From IMG/VR virus record IMGVR_UViG_3300031251_000012: a stretch of DNA of 20,000 nt. One strand, given 5' to 3'. Of this stretch, positions 16,094 to 20,000 are shown piece after piece. Below the pieces are notes generated by a model. That model ran no database searches. It saw only the letters and a list, made by a program, of their open reading frames with translations, and was not told where the DNA came from. The position numbers and the translations under genes were made by a program. Source of the DNA: an uncultured virus (IMG/VR IMGVR_UViG_3300031251_000012) (taxonomy: Duplodnaviria; Heunggongvirae; Uroviricota; Caudoviricetes). The first letter of the stretch is position 1. Each line of letters opens with the position of its first letter.

Positions 16094-16100
16094 AAATAAC

Positions 16101-16469
16101 CTACGATATCCTCGCTAAATCTTCAACACTCACATACATCTCAATCGCATTCTTTGCGCCTTTGATTAGATCACGCGATATCTTTTCACCTGTTGCATAC
16201 GAAAGATCTATCATGTATTTTTCAGTCAATCTCCAACCACCATCATTTTCTTTGCTAAACTCATACATAACTTCTTCTTCGGTAGGATCTCTTCGCAACC
16301 ACCAACACCAACGACTGTTCATCCGCTTCTTCAATGATGCCCTAATCTTATCCATCGTCTCTTTATATCGTGTTTCTTTTCTTGCTTTCGCCCAAGCAAG
16401 ATATTTTTCCGCAATATGAACAACTTCCTTCGGATCCATTTTAACTAATGATGTATTTGGACAAGTCAT
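16101..16469 (-). CDS. Hypothetical protein (122 aa)
   Basis: ORF track; GAGGA SD. Confidence 0.75.
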   Translation of the reverse strand: MTCPNTSLVKMDPKEVVHIAEKYLAWAKARKETRYKETMDKIRASLKKRMNSRWCWWLRRDPTEEEVMYEFSKENDGGWRLTEKYMIDLSYATGEKISRDLIKGAKNAIEMYVSVEDLARIS

Positions 16470-16476
16470 TTTATCC

Positions 16477-16869
16477 TCACTTCAATAATAAACACACATC
16501 GCATTGACATCTAAACCAACCACCACTGGGAACAATCGTGCCCGGACGACCACATCGTTCGCAAGTCTTTGCGCTTTGTTCTTCTGCTTCGTTGATGGCT
16601 TGCGTCATTTCATCCGTCTCTGCTGACATATACCAGCGCAACATTCCAAACTTTTCCTTGCATTGACTTGCTTTATATTTTCCGCGTTCCTCTTCTGGCA
16701 ATGCTAAAATCATTGCTTCAAGTTTTGCTGATAGCGCCTCTGTTAGCAAGAACCAACCATCCCCATATGAGAAACCAAACCGCATCAATGATTTACTTGA
16801 TGGGTCAATCGCACTCACATATAGATTAGGATATGCTTTGATTAGTGTTTCTTCAAGTTCTTTTTTCAT
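16477..16869 (-). CDS. Phage-type hypothetical protein with KEKFGxLRxY motif and C-terminal zinc finger
   Basis: GDGW...QCKEKFGMLRWY...TCERCG...GW...CDVC. Confidence 0.85.
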   Translation of the reverse strand: MKKELEETLIKAYPNLYVSAIDPSSKSLMRFGFSYGDGWFLLTEALSAKLEAMILALPEEERGKYKASQCKEKFGMLRWYMSAETDEMTQAINEAEEQSAKTCERCGRPGTIVPSGGWFRCQCDVCLLLK

Positions 16870-17159
16870 TGTTTCATATACTCTTTTTCAATGGCACGCA
16901 GGTTCTTTGTCAGGAGAATATCTTGTTGATCTTTACTTAAATCAATCCGTGTAATGTTTCTTTCATTTATATTTCCGCGAAACACAACAAAACAATAATC
17001 ATAATAGATATCCTCATCAAAATCAAACTCTTTTTCTACCCAACCTCTTGCGCCATCAATAACTAATTCTGGTGCGGAATAAAATCCGATAGCACAATGA
17101 TCTGTTTCACCATCATCATTTTTAATATCAACCGATAGATAGTAAATTGTATTGTTCAT
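16866..17159 (-). CDS. Hypothetical acidic protein (97 aa)
   Basis: ORF track; ATGA overlap. Confidence 0.7.
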   Translation of the reverse strand: MNNTIYYLSVDIKNDDGETDHCAIGFYSAPELVIDGARGWVEKEFDFDEDIYYDYCFVVFRGNINERNITRIDLSKDQQDILLTKNLRAIEKEYMKQ

Positions 17160-17186
17160 TGGAAAATATATCCCTTCTTGCCATCT

Positions 17187-17420
17187 TTATCTCGAAGTAA
17201 AATAAATTACACTAAACATCAGCATCGTAAATATACTGAATGTCATCATATAAGAAAGAAAATCTTCCTTTGTCTGATCACGATTTCCTAAAATATATCT
17301 TCGTATTAGCCAAAATGCACAAGCCAGTGGCAATCCGGGGATACCAACGATAGCGTAAATCCATAGAATTACATTATGTCTGTTCATTGAACACTTATCA
17401 TAATATATAGTATGAACCAA
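17187..17420 (-). CDS. Small membrane protein with two hydrophobic segments (start may be MNRHN, ~17387)
   Basis: VILWIYAIVGIPGLPLACAFWLI and FLSYMMTFSIFTMLMFSVIYF. Confidence 0.65.
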   Translation of the reverse strand: MVHTIYYDKCSMNRHNVILWIYAIVGIPGLPLACAFWLIRRYILGNRDQTKEDFLSYMMTFSIFTMLMFSVIYFTSR

Positions 17421-17719
17421 ACAACTTTACAAGCAACATGCAAAATCTGATCTACATGAATGTTATATTTGCCTTCGCATTTGAAAAAATCGATCCAAAA
17501 ATGTGCAATTGTTTCTGCAATGCCAAGCCAAACATTTTGTGTAATCAATGCAACTGCGCCACCGTGTATTAGGGCATGGCTCAATAACCAATACTGCCAC
17601 GGGACGGATTTTTGTAATGCCGTATTAGCGTTTCGATTTTTATTGATCGCAGTAGCATCGCCTTGCAATGGGAAGTCGCATAGGGCGTGCGCGGCAAGTA
17701 GGAAGAATAGGATTATCAT
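17384..17719 (-). CDS. DUF3307-like membrane protein
   Basis: AHALCDFPLQ...HALIHG...HFWIDFFK...DQILH His/Asp motifs. Confidence 0.85.
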   Translation of the reverse strand: MIILFFLLAAHALCDFPLQGDATAINKNRNANTALQKSVPWQYWLLSHALIHGGAVALITQNVWLGIAETIAHFWIDFFKCEGKYNIHVDQILHVACKVVWFILYIMISVQ

Positions 17720-17725
17720 CTGCTC

Positions 17726-17754
17726 AATGTAAGGCGCCGTGTGGCTGTTGTCAA
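17726..17754 (-). promoter_or_regulatory. Sigma70-type promoter TTGACA-N17-TACATT; predicted leaderless transcript
   Basis: Predicted +1 falls on the A of ATG 17719; no room for an SD. Confidence 0.78.
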
Positions 17755-17764
17755 GACGCCGGTG

Positions 17765-18070
17765 TTAGATTAGTAAAAGATATTTATCTACTTCTTTGGA
17801 ATATTTATGATATTGTAATATCTGGCATTTGATATCATTGACGGCATCGCTCAATGATATATTCGGATATTTATTTTTGAACCATCTAAATCCAAGCGCT
17901 AAATTATGTGCAACATTTAGATTTCTTATCTCATATACATCAATAATATGTATTGTTAGACTAAATCTTACTGCACCATAACAATATGCGTTTCCACCTG
18001 TGTCTTCAAAATCGTCATCTATAATTGTGTAAATATCTTGTTGAACATCGCGAGAATAAGACCTAAACAT
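17765..18070 (-). CDS. Small protein, family A, C-terminal DKYLLLI tag
   Basis: TIIDDDF...YEIRNLNVAHNLALGFRWF...HKYSKEVDKYLLLI*. Confidence 0.8.
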   Translation of the reverse strand: MFRSYSRDVQQDIYTIIDDDFEDTGGNAYCYGAVRFSLTIHIIDVYEIRNLNVAHNLALGFRWFKNKYPNISLSDAVNDIKCQILQYHKYSKEVDKYLLLI

Positions 18071-19085
18071 TGTTCAATCTTTTTACAACTTCAATCAATA
18101 CTTCTTTTTCGACTGCAAGGTTCATCCTAATATAACCATCTTGTCCGCCGAAGTGTTTCCCATCCGCAACATTCACTTTGGCTTTCTCAAAAACATCTGG
18201 ACGCAAACATTTTGACCATAGGAACATCCCCGGCACATCAACAATATCCTCTGGCACATCAAGAATATCTTTACGAATAGATTTGATTATGGTCTTGTTT
18301 TCAATTAGTCCTTCTTGACATCGTTGAATAAAAACATCATATGTTTCTTTTTGTTCGAGGTCGGTTAGCAATTCAAGAACAATGCTTTGACTAATTGTTG
18401 ATACACCAACTGTCATCATTTCAATATATTCTTGGATCAGGTGGTAGAACTCGGGATTATTGCAAACTGCTATTCCAACGCGAAGTCCTGATAATCCTAA
18501 CCCCTTGCTAATAGAATATATCTGCACATCACCTAATGATCCGAACCCTTCATATTTAGGAAAATATATTGGTGAGTTATATACCTCATCTAATATAAAC
18601 GGAATATCGAGATCTTTATGCCAATACGCTAAATGCTTTGCTTGTTCAGCGGTTATCATATACCCATCTGGATTTCTTGGTAAAACCGCAAGATATGCAT
18701 TATAATCACTTTGATCGCTAACTTGTTCAAGATTGTGGGCTTGAATAATTGGGGGTAATAAACACCAATAAGGTGATGATAGTCCTAATTTTTTTTTACC
18801 TAATTTATTTAAAGCGTAGAACACCGCCCCCAAGCAATTTTTTGCTCCATTACATATAACTACTGGTGCTTGGTATTTATTTTCTAAAAACTTTACCAAT
18901 GGCGGGTAGCCAGTAGGCTGTTGATATTCACACTTGTTATTTGAATATAAATCAATATTTAATTGATTTTGAGATCGATATAAATCTAGTGTGGTAAATA
19001 GAGCATCACGAACTATACGCGCTTCACCAACGGCGAGATCAATAGTACCATCAAAAAAATTATTTTTAACTAGAAAATTATTCAT
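18063..19085 (-). CDS. PLP-dependent aminotransferase, class I/II
   Basis: NPDG, ILDEVY, SISKGLGLSGLRVG (PLP lysine), YIRMN. Confidence 0.92.
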   Translation of the reverse strand: MNNFLVKNNFFDGTIDLAVGEARIVRDALFTTLDLYRSQNQLNIDLYSNNKCEYQQPTGYPPLVKFLENKYQAPVVICNGAKNCLGAVFYALNKLGKKKLGLSSPYWCLLPPIIQAHNLEQVSDQSDYNAYLAVLPRNPDGYMITAEQAKHLAYWHKDLDIPFILDEVYNSPIYFPKYEGFGSLGDVQIYSISKGLGLSGLRVGIAVCNNPEFYHLIQEYIEMMTVGVSTISQSIVLELLTDLEQKETYDVFIQRCQEGLIENKTIIKSIRKDILDVPEDIVDVPGMFLWSKCLRPDVFEKAKVNVADGKHFGGQDGYIRMNLAVEKEVLIEVVKRLNNV

Positions 19086-19104
19086 AATTTGATATATATC
19101 CAGT

Positions 19105-19770
19105 ATGATTACTATCTATAAAATTACCTGCCTCGTAAATAAAAAAATCTACATTGGGCAAACTAAAAATAAAATTGAAAAAAGGCTTAACTATCATAAA
19201 TGGTCTGCCAGACGGCAAAAAATGAGTTGCCCTAAATTAGAAAAGGCTATAAATTATTATGGTGCAGATAATTTTGTTATTGAACAATTGGCTAATACTG
19301 AAACTCGCGAAGAAGCCGATCTTCTTGAAGAAGAATACATATCAAAATATGATAGTATCAAACTTGGATATAATATACAATCGGGCGGAACCGGTGGTAA
19401 TAGAGTTATTGTTGGATCTAAAAACCCCAATGCTAAACTAACTGATCAACAAGTAAATGAGATACGGATATTGCTTGACAATAAATCTATAAAACAAAAA
19501 GATATAGCAGATAAGTATGATGTTCATACAACTACTATTCAGCGAATATCATATAATGTTGGCTGGCACGAAAATGATATCAAGCCAACACGCAGAAAAC
19601 AACGCTCCATAAAAAAATGGACTACACTCACTGAGGAAAAGGTAAAAGAGATAAAAACACTTTTGAAAGAAGAAAAGATGGATATAATTGATATAGCCAA
19701 TCTATATGGCGTATGCTACGCTAGTATTTCACACATCAAAAATGAACGCACTTGGAAACATGTTAAATAA
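19105..19770 (+). CDS. Free-standing GIY-YIG (homing-type) endonuclease with duplicated C-terminal HTH-like modules
   Basis: IYKIT...IYIGQT, GYN; two repeats LTDQQVNEIR...IADKYDV and LTEEKVKEIK...IANLYGV. Confidence 0.9.
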   Translation: MITIYKITCLVNKKIYIGQTKNKIEKRLNYHKWSARRQKMSCPKLEKAINYYGADNFVIEQLANTETREEADLLEEEYISKYDSIKLGYNIQSGGTGGNRVIVGSKNPNAKLTDQQVNEIRILLDNKSIKQKDIADKYDVHTTTIQRISYNVGWHENDIKPTRRKQRSIKKWTTLTEEKVKEIKTLLKEEKMDIIDIANLYGVCYASISHIKNERTWKHVK

Positions 19771-19775
19771 ATTAC

Positions 19776-20000
19776 TCATATTAGCATCAAGTATTTCTCG
19801 ATTTCTTTATCGTATAAGTGATTGGTGAATTCGGTTGCGAGTTTTAGGATGTCATTTGTGCTACGAGATTGCACAAACGCAATACCACGCGCTAAATTAG
19901 CAGCAATATTCAGTCCTCTTCTATGGTATTCGAAAACTATTGCTTCCCAATAAGAATTAGCACCAATAGTAATACTAAAATCAGTATCAATAATAGTTAT
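19776..20000 (-). CDS. Small protein, family A, 3' part (start outside window), C-terminal EKYLMLI tag; not in the ORF track
   Basis: Manual translation: ITIIDTDF...EYHRRGLNIAANLARGIAF...YDKEIEKYLMLI*. Confidence 0.8.
   Translation of the reverse strand: MTIIDTDFSITIGANSYWEAIVFEYHRRGLNIAANLARGIAFVQSRSTNDILKLATEFTNHLYDKEIEKYLMLI

Noticed and set aside
8073..16869. CaaX prenylation signal as the explanation of the C-terminal tag
   Set aside because: Position -4 is Leu, not Cys, in all tagged proteins, and the context is bacterial/phage.
27..19441. Short + strand ORFs in the track (e.g. 27..296, 2942..3244, 5344..5646, 6551..6865, 9271..9597, 17460..17732, 19259..19441) and nested minus ORFs 3190..3372 and 11359..11550
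   Set aside because: They are antisense or alternate-frame shadows of better-supported genes or RNA elements and have no recognisable motifs.
1..20000. Stop-codon reassignment (code 15 or 4), as in some large phages
   Set aside because: Long genes are intact under code 11, and paralogous tails end at the same position with TAA, TAG or TGA.

Overview
AT-rich, gene-dense window that most resembles a large (jumbo/huge) bacteriophage genome segment using the standard genetic code; this origin is inferred from gene content and layout, and no structural genes are present. Almost all genes lie on the minus strand with overlapping or abutting start/stop codons. Recognisable genes: a Nudix hydrolase, a stand-alone non-catalytic C-terminal part of a type-2 isoleucyl-tRNA synthetase, a cupin-like protein, a T4 RNase H-like 5'-3' exonuclease, an EamA-like transporter, a full-length glutamyl-tRNA synthetase, a beta-class DNA amino-methyltransferase with an adjacent putative PD-(D/E)XK nuclease, a DUF3307-like protein, a class I/II PLP aminotransferase and an oppositely oriented GIY-YIG endonuclease. 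The main unexplained signal is a C-terminal peptide tag, roughly (E/D)K(Y/L)L(L/I)Lx-COOH, ending 13 small proteins from at least four otherwise unrelated families. It is conserved at the protein level despite synonymous codons and three different stop codons. Five sigma70-type promoters with GC-rich 17-bp spacers are visible. One drives a closed, multi-stem RNA candidate of about 198 nt (3033-3230); another drives a short hairpin leader with the same 5' start and loop; a third predicts a leaderless mRNA.
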